64,000 nt of DNA from Gordius albopunctatus (Eukaryota): contig OZ193909.1 of assembly GCA_964276515.1 (NCBI GenBank), positions 19,468,001-19,532,000 on the forward strand. The letters run 5' to 3'. Under the pieces are notes generated by a model that was given only the letters and a program-made list of their open reading frames with translations, made no database searches and was not told the DNA's origin. The translations under genes were made by a program, and so were the position numbers. Every line of letters starts with the position of its first letter. The stretch's first letter is position 1. Below, in pieces: positions 40,801 to 54,660 of the stretch.

Positions 40801-40982
40801 TTGTATAATCTCTGAACCCAATATATATATTTTGGTTTTTGTGAAATTTTAATGCATTAAATGCTAATTACTAAGTTCCTTAACTATAATTTTAAAATTT
40901 TATTTTTAACAAGATTTAAATGAAATTAAAAAAAATGGGAGATTCCTTGGTATATATAAAATTGGAAATATTAAGACAAACT

Positions 40983-41047
40983 CATGGGCGTAGCCAGCTT
41001 TCGGATCAGGGGGGGGCGAGCAAAAAAAATCGCCGAGACTAAGTGAG

Positions 41048-41084
<37 letters not shown>

Positions 41085-41446
41085 TCGCCGCCAAGACATT
41101 TTTTGGTATTTACGTTAGTAATTAAAATATTTTGCTATTCTTTGGCCTCAACCCACATAAAAACTCATTATTAATCAACAGTACAGTGTACAGAGGATAT
41201 GTAAACGATGTATGAAGGAACTAACACAAACGCAACTACTAATCTCAATATTTAATTCTTATATAATTTAAATTTGCGTCAAAAGGTCGTCAAATAAAAT
41301 TTTCAACATAAAACTTAATTTCAATCAGGGGGGGGCGAAACACTAATTTTTTCCAATTTTTACATAAATTTACATTAAAAAATAGAAAAATTCTCATTCA
41401 GGGGGGGGCGGCCGCCCCCCCCTGCCCCCCCCTGCCTACGCCCATG
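40983..41446. mobile_element. hAT-type MITE, best-preserved member of an abundant family
   Basis: TIRs catgggcgtag / ctacgcccatg, G-run subterminal tracts and a perfect 8-bp TSD gacaaact (40975-40982, 41447-41454). Related ends near 228, 2361, 5036, 6964, 8537, 8753, 12236, 45999 and 59096. Confidence 0.9.
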
Positions 41447-41965
41447 GACAAACTCCTTGCTCATTAAATTTTATAAAATTATTGAATTTTGAAATTAAGC
41501 ATGGGTTTGTAGTTAAATGAAGGCAACAGATCGATGGCCTATTAATTGAAAGATATATATATATACTATCTGACCCGGCAAACCTTGTTTTGCTATATAC
41601 ATTATTGCTAAAAAACACTATAAGTGTGTGGGTATGTGGTTACGATTAAATAGGAATGGAGCGTTGTGACAATGTGGTCTATAAAATGACAATAGACTAA
41701 TTATTTATTTATTTCATCCTTTATACTTTATTAAATTAACAAATATATTTTAAATTACCCTTTTTTGATAGCTATATATACATCAGATATTATACAACGT
41801 AGTAGAATTACGTGTTGAACATATCGTCCATCCCAAAGTTTAAATCTTTCATAAATGTTTTCAAGAAAATCTAATTTTAAACTAAATCCGGTGCATATGC
41901 TGTGTTCAGGCTTTCATGTATAGTAATAGTTTTAGCAAAATTTTCACCTAGTAAAAATAGTATGG

Positions 41966-42223
41966 TTAAATAGTGGATAATTTGATTATCTTACTTAAAT
42001 TTTGTGATTTCAAGCTACTATCCTCAGATGAAACGGTTTTGTTTTCTTCATATTCTGGAATGGTTATAATATATTTTCCATAGTCAAAATTATGATTGCT
42101 CTCGGGATTTAGTAGTGATCTACTTCGACACAGAGAAATGCCATTTTTTAGGCAACATAGGATTAATGTTAAGGAAAACGTCATTAAAATAAAACAAGCA
42201 ATCACGCTTAGAAAAACTAGCAT
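41966..42223 (-). CDS. Possible small membrane protein or isolated exon (85 aa)
   Basis: Hydrophobic N-terminal 25 aa followed by CC and a polar tail. No recognised homology. Confidence 0.2.
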   Translation of the reverse strand: MLVFLSVIACFILMTFSLTLILCCLKNGISLCRSRSLLNPESNHNFDYGKYIITIPEYEENKTVSSEDSSLKSQNLSKIIKLSTI

Positions 42224-42439
42224 TTTTTAATTAACTGTGACGCAAAAGTTAGTATATCATATATAGTTGCTTCTTATTTATCTTATAAATTACATCATAT
42301 TTATATATGTATAAATTTGCAGCTCATTTCTTTGTTAGCTAGAATCTCCTGAAATTCTATCTAAAATTTTGCATCCACATTGCCTTAGCATTCTAGATAG
42401 TTTATAATATTTATTTTAATAAGATATAAATTCTTATCT

Positions 42440-43560
42440 CCGTAGCCTGCATTAACTTTCCTTTCTGTTTCACTTCGATATAGTAACACTGGTCTTATGA
42501 TAAATTTTTAAGCTTCGCTCTTCAACCATATTGACATTTTCCTATGGCATATTACACCGGATAACTACGCCATTTAATTCATCCTTTTTAAACCGGGCAT
42601 TGAGCTCTGTTACGCAATCTCACTCTTGAATAATCGAGTCGAGGTATGTAAACCCCTCTACTTTTGGGTACATAAGATGGTCATCAAGCGATGGGAGGCC
42701 CATAACCTTCATCCCCATATATACGGGTTTTCAATTGTAGACCTTTAACCATATCCAGGTAACCGCTTTGACCACTTTTTGGCTTATTTGAACACTTTTT
42801 TGTCTCTCCGCATAGTACTATATCATGGCATATAGCATTTACCATGGCGATAGTTTTAGAAGGTCACTAGTTATCGTCTCCATAATTATATTAAATAAAA
42901 AGGGACTTAAAGCAGATCCTAATGTAATCCAATTTCAACCCGAAAAAGGTTAGCCCAACGCAAATATGTGTCAGGAATATTCTGTTTTCTCAAGTGCCTA
43001 AATCGCGAGGGACCGTGTCATAAGCATTCTTCAAGTCGATAAAGACCATGTGTAGAGGTCTCTTCTCTTTTCGCCATATTAATTTATCATTTGTCTTAGT
43101 GCGAAGAATGGGTAGATTGTGGATTTTCCGGTTATAAATCTGAATTGGGTAGCCGATATTTCCACTTCATTTTGGGGTCTCCTTTGCCTTTGAATAAGAG
43201 TATAATCGTGCTTACTCTCAATTACGAATTCGCTCTTCTACCAATATATTGTTAAGGAGGTTTGTCATGATGCTGACTCCTTCTTCACAGCATCCGAGCA
43301 ATGATTCCAGATGTATTACATCCAGGCCATTAGCTTTTCCTATTATAACTTGTTCATTTGTGTCCTTGTTTCATCCTTCTGAAAGATCGACACTACCATA
43401 GTGTTTTTGCCATTTGCAATATTCATATATTCTTTCCACCTTTTCATCCCTTCCTTAGGCTTAAATATGGTTTGACACCTTCTATATTGACTATTTTAAG
43501 GACTCCCACATTGAGACATTTCTGCTCTCTTATCTTGGTCACCCCCTTTATGGTCTAATT
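42440..43560 (-). mobile_element. Decayed RTE LINE copy
   Basis: Colinear nucleotide similarity to 27960-29270 (e.g. gcatagtactatatcat, catccgagcaatg). Confidence 0.8.
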
Positions 43561-43584
43561 TGTTTGTCAACTAGGTATACGCGA

Positions 43585-44358
43585 AACGCCATGGTGTTAC
43601 TATATGCCAATGAAATATTACTATGCGAAGAAACAAAGGAGAAGGAATTTGAAGACGCCGAAAAGTGGTCAAAGCGTTTAACTGATATAGTTTTAAGGTC
43701 AACTATTGAAAAACGGTATGCATGGAGATGAAACAGGCACCTTATCGTTGGATAACCATCTAAAGTACCCTAAAGTAGACAGGTTTATATACCTCGGCTC
43801 GATGCTACATCCATTGGGAGGTTGCGCAACAGAGGTTACTGCCCGGATCTAAAAAATATGGCTTGTGCCACATAAAAATGGCAATATGGTTGAAGAGCAA
43901 AGCTTACAAATCATCGTAAGACCGTCGTTACTCTATGGAAGTGAGACATTGGCATTAAACACTAGGGTAGGAAAGCTATTACAAGCTACAGAGTGAGAAT
44001 GATACGGTGGAGCTTGGGGTATACTAAGCTTTACCATATGACTAATGACTTTTTCATGACAAAAATGGGTATTCATTCAAGCCTTGACGGACATAATTAA
44101 CGAAAATCAGCTAACGTGGTATGATCATATACTAAGGTGGGATACGGATGACTTAAATAGAAAATTACTGGACATGGAGATACCGGGTAAGAGAGGAAGA
44201 AAACAACTGTGTGTCACTTTGAAAAGGCAAGTCAATAAAGTTATGAATACTAAAGGGATTAGTCAAGACATAGCACTCACCCGATCAAGATGGAAGAAAC
44301 TTATTAAAACGCCCCACAACTGTGGGACCAAATAACTGATGATGAAGAAGAAGAAGAT
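43585..44358 (+). mobile_element. RTE LINE 3' end with GAA/GAT microsatellite tail
   Basis: ORF 44084-44335 (LTWYDHILR..GKRGRK..RSRWKKLI) followed by gatgatgaagaagaagaaga. Homologous to 27630-28365. Confidence 0.85.
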
Positions 44359-45526
44359 TATATATAGCAAAAAAAAATCAATTGAGGCCTCCATCAAGTT
44401 CCTAACCGGTCAGACAAATTAATTGCAAACAGTAATAGGAGCACTTATTTAGCCAGATTCGTAGTTCTCCGTTATAAAGAAACAAGTTGGACAAGCTTCA
44501 AAAAAATCAGTTGAGATTTGCAAAGAATCAATTGAGGTCCAAAAATTTGAAAAGGATTTAGGCCTCAGGCCAGGGTGAGAAAAATTAAAGTCAACCAGCG
44601 ATCATTCTTTATTTTCTACTCCGAGAAAAAATTTGTTTTCCGGAATTTTAATTTTCTATAAACCCAGTGAAAAGACAAGATATGACATGACAATTTTTCG
44701 ATAAAAGTAAGCCCACAAATTGCATAACAATTAAAAGATATTTATAACATTAATATTACGAGGTTCGATTCATGAAAAATGAATGAGATCCTATTACTAT
44801 TACATTTAAGCATTAAGTTATGCAATGCATCATTATGAACCATATGGAATAATTTTAAAAAGTTTGTACCGGGAAGGCTCTATTGCCCACCGGATTATAA
44901 GATTTGCCTGTATTCTGGGTCTTTTATATTGTAAAACGTCATGATAAATAGTGTTTAATCAACATTCGGTCTGTTTTACGTCTTTGCAGAAATTAGGGAA
45001 GTGCCACCTATTAAAAACCTTCACTACAGCCCCGGCTCATGGGCAGGTATAGACGTGTTTTGAAAAGAAAAAAATTTAGGGGGCCGGACTCGAGCGGGCC
45101 AAACATAACGGACTCGCACGGGTTCAAATTCTGTAAACGGTCGTGGAACTTATATTAAAATAAAACCGCCCACAAAGGAACTTTCGGGAAAAAAATCTAA
45201 ATATGGTTTCTTTGTATTTTAAATAAAAAATATATTATGACAAAATATAATTAGATGGCATTAATCCGTAAATGCAAATTAAATTGTGTTTATATTTATT
45301 TAATTATTTAGGAATTCTTACTTGTCACGTTAATTCATTTTGGTTTCGTGCTATATTAATTTTGAAAAATTGCTCTCTTTTATTTTTTTAAATACTTTTT
45401 ATTTTACAAAATTCAAAAATAAAGTATAAAATATTAACTAATTGAATTTATTATTTAAGCAGGTTATTACAATTTCGACAATATCCAAAAATTAATATTA
45501 CACTTAGACATGACTGTGGTCGCAAT

Positions 45527-47275
45527 TAGAGACCTGCAACGGGCCTGTTTAAGTCAGTCAGCCCGCCCGTTATAAAAATTTACAAGCTCGGGCCCGGCCC
45601 ACTAGTTTTATACAAAGCCCGATCCCAGCCCATTTAAATTTATTTTAGATTTTAATTTTACCTAAATTGGTAACCATATCATGTGTTAAAAATGTTAATT
45701 ATGTAAAAATAATTAATTATCACTATCTTTTAAGAGGCGACTTACAGGGAAAAAATTTTCACTAGTGGCACTTTAGTTGTGAAATATAAAACTATATATG
45801 CCAAATAACTGTTCAAAACCTTATTTAAAAGTCCAATGTTTTTAATAAAGTTATATTGCTTTTTTGCTTTTCCATTATTTTACAACTTTTATTTAAAGGA
45901 GACATGAAGAAATTATAACTTTTTAGATTTGTTTTTAAATTTTTTCGATGATTATATAAATAAAATCTTACTTAATATAAATTATTTCAGTCATATATTA
46001 TGGGCGGTATAAATGGGAAGTGAATGGGCATCTGCCCCACTCCAAATCCAAAACTTGATCTAAAAATTTTTGCCCTACCTAAATCATTACTGCCCCCCTC
46101 TAATTTAAATCCTGGCTTCGCACATGGTTACGTGATTTAAAATGCGCGTTGGGATATTGATGAATGAGAAGCAGATGTCAGATTTGTTTGGAATTTTATG
46201 CCCGAACCCGGCCCGGCTCAATTTTTTGACCTCATTGCCCGCTCGAGTCCTTCTAGGTGTCCGCCCGGGCCCGCCCGAAATGCCCGGCCCGAAATATTAA
46301 ATTTGCCTGTTGGCCCAAAATTTTGCGATTTCAAATTCTTTAAACCACTATTAAAAAATAAGCATTAAATTAATGGCATATTGAATAAAAAAAATATAGC
46401 AATATTTTATTATCCCGGACAAAATCTAATTTCCTATATTATTTAAAAGTCGATATTTCCAAAAAAAATTTGATCTTTAATTTTAATCCTAATGGGTCAA
46501 AAAAAGTAGTATTTGCTCTTTCTAAAAAATTTGACCAGAGTTTCTTTAAAATATTTTTATCTCTGGCAAAACCGCTCTAGGTCATATTATTTTAATATAT
46601 TAATTGCTAAGGCATTTAGGTACAAACATGTTAGAACGTTTGCAAATCAAATAACAGCAAAATATTAATTAATTAATTGCAGCAGATGCCCTTTAAAATA
46701 TTTATATAGCAATTTTTCAATTAAGTTTAAAGTATAAATATTTTATAAATACTCTTACAATAAACAAAATATACTCCCCTTTGGGTTAACTCGTTCAAGC
46801 CCCCTACCATATGAATAAACTTCTTAATGAATAAAATTAGTTTAATTAGTCAATCTGGCTCCTAGAACTTCCTTTTTTGATAAAAAAAACAATAATTTAT
46901 CAATAGAGTTTAAATGTTAACACTTGCATGCATTGTGTCAATTTTGGCACGACGTTTTGTACGTGTGAATTACGAACAATGAAAGGGCTACATAAATATA
47001 AATATTTCAATAATTTCCATGAACGTAGCTAGGAATAGGGACTTGATGGAAATAGAGTGGTCCGGCCAAATATTATAGAAATAACTTGGGGACAGATGGC
47101 GAAGTCAAGTTTCTTAACTCTTTCAGCATTTTTATATACAATCAAGTAAAAAAGTAACAAAATAATACATTATGTAAAAATTTTTATTAAGCCTGAATCC
47201 TATCATCGTGCCCGCCCGGGCCCACCCGAAAATAAAAATTTAGGGCAGTTGCCCGGCCCGGCCCGTGGGCCGGTT
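45527..47275. mobile_element. Fragments of a hAT-like MITE family with gcccg/ggccc subterminal repeats
   Basis: Terminus tagagacctgca at 45527, also seen at ~54145. cccggcccg clusters at 45560-45630, 46200-46290 and 47210-47272. Element boundaries are unresolved. Confidence 0.45.
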
Positions 47276-49363
47276 TAAATGCAAAACAATTAGATCGATG
47301 TCACATATAGTCTAGGTCTGCTTATTTTATATAAATAACATGCTTGAATTTTGTCTATAATAGTTAGATAAAATTTAAGGAACATTAGCAAGATATAGAA
47401 AAAAAAGTTTTTATAATAATATATGTATTTGTTTATAATAATATCGGACTACAATTAGACAGAATCGATTGGTTTTTTTTACAAAGAGAGCTTGAATTGT
47501 AAATTTTACAAAAAAGGGCCTCCACACAGACGTGGAAGTGGAGGCTTAAAATATTAAATAAACAAATTTTAAAACGTCTCAAAAATCTAAAATTTTTAAA
47601 TGGTATTACTACATTGATTTAAAAAGAAAGAAATACAAAAATACACCAACATGTTAAAACTCGCAACGTCCTCTAGTTTAAAAAATCATTGGTTTGAAAT
47701 GTAGCGTTAGTGAATGTAGGCTAGGCGGTAATGGTATTAAATGGCGTTTTCTATAGAACTGCACAAAATCTGGACTCTATTTGTCCTATAATCAGGTCAC
47801 GTTGTAAACTGTTAGTTAATCAGTGGTTTATTTAAAGGTAACTGCAATATAGGTGTAAAAAAGTGATTAAAATATGATTTTAATAATATAAACTTTGTAT
47901 TCCACATTTTAAGGCATGCACGTGCAATGGTTAGATTTGCGATCTGCTAGTTAGACAAGCTAAAAATTATAAGATCAACATTGACATGACAAAACCTGAT
48001 CGGGTTGTTGATTATTCATGAAAATTATATGTAGCTCTTGAAATTATTTATTCTTGTGCAACAACAAAATTATTACTAAAAATCAGCTATCTAATTCTTA
48101 TAGAGAATTTTGCTCTGAACAATAATATGGAACTAATTTAAGGGGAAAGGGTTCAGGAAAACGCGAATAAATTTAAATTTAGAGGTGAAACAAATAAATA
48201 AAATAATGGAGCTGTAGAAGAAACTTTAATCTACAGGCGCCTATATTAATATTTTTCAATGTAGATTTTAAATGCCGTGGGTATATAATCTCAAAAAAGG
48301 TTAAATTTGCATTTTCTGCACCCTCAACCTCGTTTATAAAAAAAACTAGAGGTTTTGGAAAAAAGCTAAAAGCATATTAATTGTCAGCGCAAAATTCTCA
48401 ATCAGAATTATTGGTCGGATTGCGAGATGGAATTATAAAGTCAATATTTGTTGACCTGTGGTATTATTTGTATAAATAGGGGGTAGGCTAGTTGGAAAGG
48501 GTTAATGCCATACATTCCTTATTAAATTTACCCATAAAAACAAACGACAAGTAGATATCAAATTATGATAACAAAAATTAGCTTTAATTTTATAAAATAC
48601 TTCAACCTGAAATAGGCTAAGATTTATTATACAACTTGAAAACTCAAAGTAGGCTGTCTTTCGGGGTGTATGAATCATGTTGTCATCTCATAACTATTTT
48701 TTATATAAATAAGCAAAAAGTTAAAATGCAATCTGTAAACTTTTAACAATAAAATATTATCTTCACTTAGTTAAGTTGGCAAAATAAGTAACGCATTCAT
48801 GAAGTAGTGGAAGCCCTGCAACTCCAGCTACTTTATAAATTTATAAGATATGATTTAATTACCTAAGAAATATTAACGTTTAGATAGATAAAGAAATTAA
48901 TATTTTAGAGTTTTTTTATAATGGGATCCATTTTTGGAGGCTATTTTTCGGTTTCCCCCATTCTTAACTCAGGTATTCAAAATGTTAATATTCATAACTT
49001 AGGTCAAGTAAGATTGGCCAAGAAAAAATTGTTTTCGGAAATATAATAATAATTTGGTGGAATATTACCAGGTTTAGAGTATAAATATAAAATTCGTAAT
49101 AGTAAGAAGGGGTAATATAAGTGAGTCATGCATATTTTAAAGAAAAATTAAATGAATATCTTGATGTCTAATACAAAATGAAAATTCAGTCGAGACAATA
49201 GATTAAATTGTATAAATTTATAACTATATATTATCTAACAAATAGAGGACCCATTAATTTAACATAAATTATAATGTATACCTTTAATTTATGTCAGCTT
49301 AGTTGTCTTACCACTAAGTAAAAGGCTTAGTAAATCACGTTTATTAAATAAAATCAATTAGTG

Positions 49364-50497
49364 TTAATTGCTATGCAATTCATAAGCTCGCTTTTTGTTG
49401 TCCGTCCTTTCAACGTTCTGATGCTGGTTCGATACCCGGAGAGGACAATTTTTTAAATAAAACTAATATATTGTTCTTGTTAATATCATTAATAATATGA
49501 CTTTTTGGCCGTCCGATGGCCACTGACCAAAGAAAAAAATGTCCACTGGCCAAATTGCGAATCGAATTTTTTTGTCTTTTTGAATTGGTATATTATGTTA
49601 ACATTGATAATTACCTATACCACCCCCCCCCCCCCTCCATAGAAGGGCCTACCATTGATAATATGACTTTTTGGCCGTCCGCTGACCAATGAAAAAATGA
49701 CCATTGGCCATATAGTGATTCGAAATTTTTTTTCGTCCCTTATGCATTTATATCATTTTTTACCGTGTCCTGACTCGTAGACTGGATTAATGTTTTAGAT
49801 TTAAGGGGGGGGGGCAGCCGCCACATTATGCCTCCCCCGCAGGGCGGAAGCTGGAATTTATTATCATTGTGTAATTTAATTTTTACACGTTAAAAAATAT
49901 CTCATTTATATGAAAGAACCATGCATGTTCAATTTCGAAGAGCTTATAATTTCTCTAAACAAATATGGTTAGCGTTGGATTTTGCAAGGACAAGATTTGA
50001 TAGTTTTATAATTCGTTTTTTTATGGAAAACCGTTGATTTATTTATTAACGAAGGAATCAAGAGTGGAGTGGATAAATATTGTTAATTTATAATAAACCT
50101 CAATGGATTCAGTTAAAATATTACTACGAAAATTTGCCTCTGGCCATTCGAGGTCTTTAAGAATTGATCTAAATCACAAAAAATTAAAAATGCAATATAT
50201 GGTTTGGCTTTTTGTTGTCGTCCGTCCGTTCAACATGTATCTTAAATTCTGGTTCGAAATTCGAATCCCATAAAGGACAAATTTTTTTTAATTAAATGGA
50301 AAATTTGTATAAATAATGAACTGATCATTTTTCATTTAATACCCCCCTATAGGTATTCTCGCCCCTTCTTCCCACCTTTCTCGGCCATAAATTGCATAGC
50401 GTATATGCTACGTTTATACGGAGTATAGATGAGTTTCGTTCCGCCTTCTCTCGTGCACATCCCTCCCCCCTTCCCACGAGGGCCGAAGGCTTGAGTT
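49364..50497 (+). mobile_element. HINE/DINE-1-like element, both ends visible
   Basis: 5' ttaattgctatgcaattcataagctcg, 3' inverted subTIR ccataaattgcatagc (50385-50400), then a gagggccgaaggc hairpin and a T-run. The 3' end matches 36400-36521 in reverse complement. Confidence 0.75.
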
Positions 50498-50864
50498 TTT
50501 TTAATAATTATCCATCCTTCAATTAATTATTTTATTATATTAAAGAAAATTGTATTTCAAATAAATCAGCTAACTAGAAAAATTAAATAATTGTATTATT
50601 GTATAATAAGCAACAGCATTGATCAGCAATTTTTTCAAAAACATTTAATTTTAGTGGGATTTGATGACTAAAACAGAATTCGCATTTGGTTTGTCTTATT
50701 ATATATATACTAAAAATAGTGGTTTCATAAAATCCATGACGTGATAAAATTTGTGCTCTAAATAAATATTATGGATATTTTATTTATTTGAATTATTATT
50801 TCATATATGACTTCATTTTAGACAAGTCTTATTTATAGGTTATACTTATTTAACCACTTAAGGA

Positions 50865-50899
50865 CTGAGCCAAAGCAACGCTTGGCCGGGCACAGCTAG
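50865..50899 (+). mobile_element. Helitron 3' terminus (hairpin plus CTAG)
   Basis: gccaaagcaacgcttggc hairpin followed by cgggcacagctagt. A similar minus-strand end lies at ~41565-41595. Confidence 0.55.
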
Positions 50900-51241
50900 T
50901 AATTTATAAAAGGATTTCGTTCATTTAAAGTTTCCCTTTAGTCATGTTATTTTCTCATTGTTATAAATTATATAATTTATTTAAATCAAAAACGAAAGAA
51001 CACAAACGTATATATTATTAATATATAAAATTCTCGTGCACCGGTGTGGGTTCTTAAACTCCTTCGAAACGGCTGAACCGATTTTTATGAAAATTTCTGC
51101 GAATATTTGGTAGGTCTGAGCCTAGGTTTTAAACTTTATTCCAAATTTCTAAGTCATCTAATAAGACGGTCAAGTTATTTAGTTTTATACCTTTAGACGT
51201 TTAATAAAATGTAACCTCATGACGTACTGAGTAGTTATAAC

Positions 51242-53423
51242 TAGAGCCCTGCAAAGTCACATTTTTTCAACCCGAACCCGACCCGAAAGCGTTTTTAATT
51301 TTTTAACCCGAGCCCGACCCGACCCAAAAGCGTTTTTAATTTTTCAGCCCGAACCAGACCCGAAAGCGTTTTTAATTTTTTAACCCGAACCCGACCCGAA
51401 AGCGTTTTTAATTTTTCAACCCGAACCCGACCCGGAAGTGTTTTTAATTTTTCAACCCGAACCCAAACCGACCCGAAAGCGTTTTTAATTTTTCAACCCG
51501 AACCCAACCCGACCCGAAAGCGTTTTTAATTTTTCAACCCGAACCCGACCCGAAAGCGTTTTTAATTTTTTAACCCGAACCCGACCCGACCCGAAAGAGT
51601 TTTTAATTTTTCAACCCGAACACGACCCGACCCGAAAGCGTTTTTAATTTTTCAACCCGAACCCGATCCGAATTCGTTTTTAATTTTTCAACCCGAACCT
51701 CACCCGACCCGAAAGCCGTTAAAAATTTTTCAACCCAAAAACTACCAGACACGATAGCGTTTTAAATATTTTAAATTGATTTGCCAAAATAAATTGGAGA
51801 AACAATTTGATGCCACGAATTTGAATAATAAATTTATTTGAGAGAATTATTATAATTATGTATAAATATAATAGCGTCTACAATTTCAGGCCGTAAACTC
51901 GACCTCATATCTTCTAAAATTCGTCCAGCTGTAGAAAAAGATCTCTCACTGGACGCAGAGGAGCCAGGTATGGCCAGAAATTTACGAGCCAATAACCCTA
52001 AAGCAGGATATTTATAAGAATATATTCCCCACCATTCTAATGTGTCGTATATTTCATCATGCTTTTTTGTAAGTTTATAATGAATATATTCATCAAGTTC
52101 ATCTTTTTCTTGAACATTTTCATCTGCACATTCCTCCCAACCGGAAAAATCCATGAAAGACAAGTTAGCATTATTTTCTAAAATATATTTTAACATGAAG
52201 TTATATGTTAAATACCTAGCTGCTTATTTTCCTTTGATACCTCCCTTTCAACAACTGGCTTTTTCTTTAGACTTTCGCAACTTTTATCATTCATTAATGA
52301 CCTCATCTCGTCATAGAGCTCATTAAGCTCTTCAGGCTGCAACATTTTCATCTGTTTGTATTTCGGCGTTAAAAATGTAGCTATCTTGTAGTACATATCT
52401 TGATCGAATTTTTTATTTAATATTTGCTTGCACCTTTTGGCAATACCATGTAGTTCTGATTTAATGTCGTAATTTTTGGTGAAATCATTTAATTTGTAAA
52501 AATATAAAAGGACTTTATTTAAAGTTGGGGCCTTGTCAGCCTCAAGTTCTGTAATTGCCATATTGAATGGCGTTAAGAACTTTGCCAACTCATCAAGCAT
52601 ATAAATGTCAATACATTTTATCTTTGAAGAGTCCCCGGTAGAGGTCAAAAGCGTTTCGACCTCTTCATAATTCTTCAACACCGAGTCTAGCATTTTAAAA
52701 CGGGTTTTCCACCGCGTCTCTACATAACCATGTAATTTTATATCTAATCTATTAATCAAGCTAAAATAAAATTATGAGCGTCTAATTAATATAAATAAAT
52801 ATTATACCCAGACTGTTTCATATACGTAACTAAAAGTTTAGTGTCTTTTAGACAATTGTAAATTTCCAAGAAATCTTTCTTCAACACTTCCTCATCGAAA
52901 GTTTTTCTCAACACTGTATTTAATAAATGGCAAGCACAATTAAGGCGCTTCTGGGATTCAAGCGCCTTAATCATATTCGACCCTTGATCCGTGATAAGTG
53001 TTAAGTTAACAAAGTCATCCCTGGCATATCCTTTAAAAAATATTTATAAAAATTTAATAAAGTACCTTGAGATGTAAATTGTCTTAGCAATTCTTTTCTT
53101 ACATTATCACCTGTTTTCTTATCCTCTTCAATCAATTAAATGAATGAATGAGATTAATTAATGATACATTTCGATATTAATTAAAAAATGTTTTATATGT
53201 CATAGCATTAATTTGAAAGATATGTTTGTTATGCAATATAAGATTTATAACCTTCAACCCGACCCGAAAGCGTTTTTAATTTTTCAATCCGAACCCGACC
53301 CGACCCGAAACTATTATAAAATTTTCAACCCGACCCGGCCCGAAGGTATTTTAAAATTTTAAACCCGAACCCGACCCGATCCGGGCGTCGGGTCGGGTTT
53401 CGGGTCACCCGTGCAGGGCTCTA
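51242..53423 (-). mobile_element. hAT (Hermes/hobo-like) transposon, internally deleted, with spliced C-terminal transposase
   Basis: TIRs tagagccctgca / tgcagggctcta and perfect 8-bp TSD gttataac (51234-51241, 53424-53431). About 13 acccga-rich subterminal repeats. Transposase motifs TDQGSNM, CACHLLN, ETRW, WWG, LAIPGSSASSERSFS. Introns 53031-53065, 52761-52807 and 52178-52215 join the ORFs in frame. The N-terminal part is missing. Confidence 0.95.
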
Positions 53424-54660
53424 GTTATAACCTGCTTTGAAAATTTGAATATACAGTTCTTTAGTAAAAGTATCACTTATAGTATTTTTAAAACGTCATG
53501 CGTGTAGGTAGTGTAGTGTGATAATTGTAGGCATGTGCTGCGGAAAATGGAAACTTTATACGATTTGAAACATTAAATCAAAGTAATTTTTTGCTTATTT
53601 CTCACGTCAATTATTATTAACCTGCGTGGCTAAATAAATTAAAAAGTCTAATTTCGTCATTTTCTGCGCCGTAAATATGGAGAAAAATAAATATACTTTT
53701 AACAAAGTGCCAATAAATGTTGATATATCTCAGTTCTTCGGACCCCTAAGAAGGGCTCCGCCCCTAACTCATAACAAATTATTGTCCTCGGTTCTTTGGT
53801 GTTAGGTAGCGCCCCCGGGCCCGTGTTGTTTTTTATTGAGCCTTTAACCTAAACTTCTACACTTCGTTGAAAAACATTTCATTTGCTGTGAAATTTAAGC
53901 AGGGGAGGAAAACGGGCCTTAATGTTTGAGGGCTTGGCTACGTCCATGCTTATACCCGTTGATTTAAGTTTTTATGAATTATCTGAGTACACTGATAACT
54001 TATTGACCAAAGTAAGGTTTGTGAGCAATGCTTTTTTACGACCCCTCATAATATCTGAGTTTTTAATGCTGTATATCTAGGCATATTTTAAATAGGAGGA
54101 TTTGCTTATGAAGTTAGGGAATATTCGCATGTTTAGAAAATAACTAGAGACCTGCACGGGCGGCCTGAGGCCCGGCCCGGAAAAGCCCGGGCACGATGAG
54201 GCTTCAAAATTCCGGGCCGGGCCTAATTTATAAATAATAGGCCCGGCCCGGAATAATTTAGAAGTAAATAATTTAGAAGTAGTAGTCTAAGTAGTCTTTT
54301 GTCCTGTTTAAAATATTAATTACAAAAAATTAATTAATTACAAGTTATTGATTCATTCATTTTACGCTTTTTCTAATATACAAACAATTGAGTATGGAAC
54401 AAAAAAAATCTACTCCTAATAGCTGAAAATATTCGGAAAAAATTTCATAAAGTAAAGGAAATCCACACCTACATAAAGTTAAGGATCAACGAGAAAAATC
54501 GAAATATTAGAATGGTGGAAAGTACACATTTGGGAGATATTCGATTCTAGATTCGGATTCGATTCAAAATTTTGAATCAAATCGGAACATAACATATTTT
54601 TTACCACTTTTATAGTTTCTCTCGCGTATTACTTAACCCTTGACGCTCGCTAGTGTGAAA

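Noticed and set aside
41052..41082. Long poly(A) run as a retrocopy tail
   Set aside because: It is internal to a MITE bounded by TIRs and an 8-bp TSD.
51268..51740. Regular ~35-40-bp repeats resembling a CRISPR array
   Set aside because: There are no unique spacers, and the repeats lie inside the TIR/TSD of a hAT element in a eukaryotic context; they are subterminal repeats.
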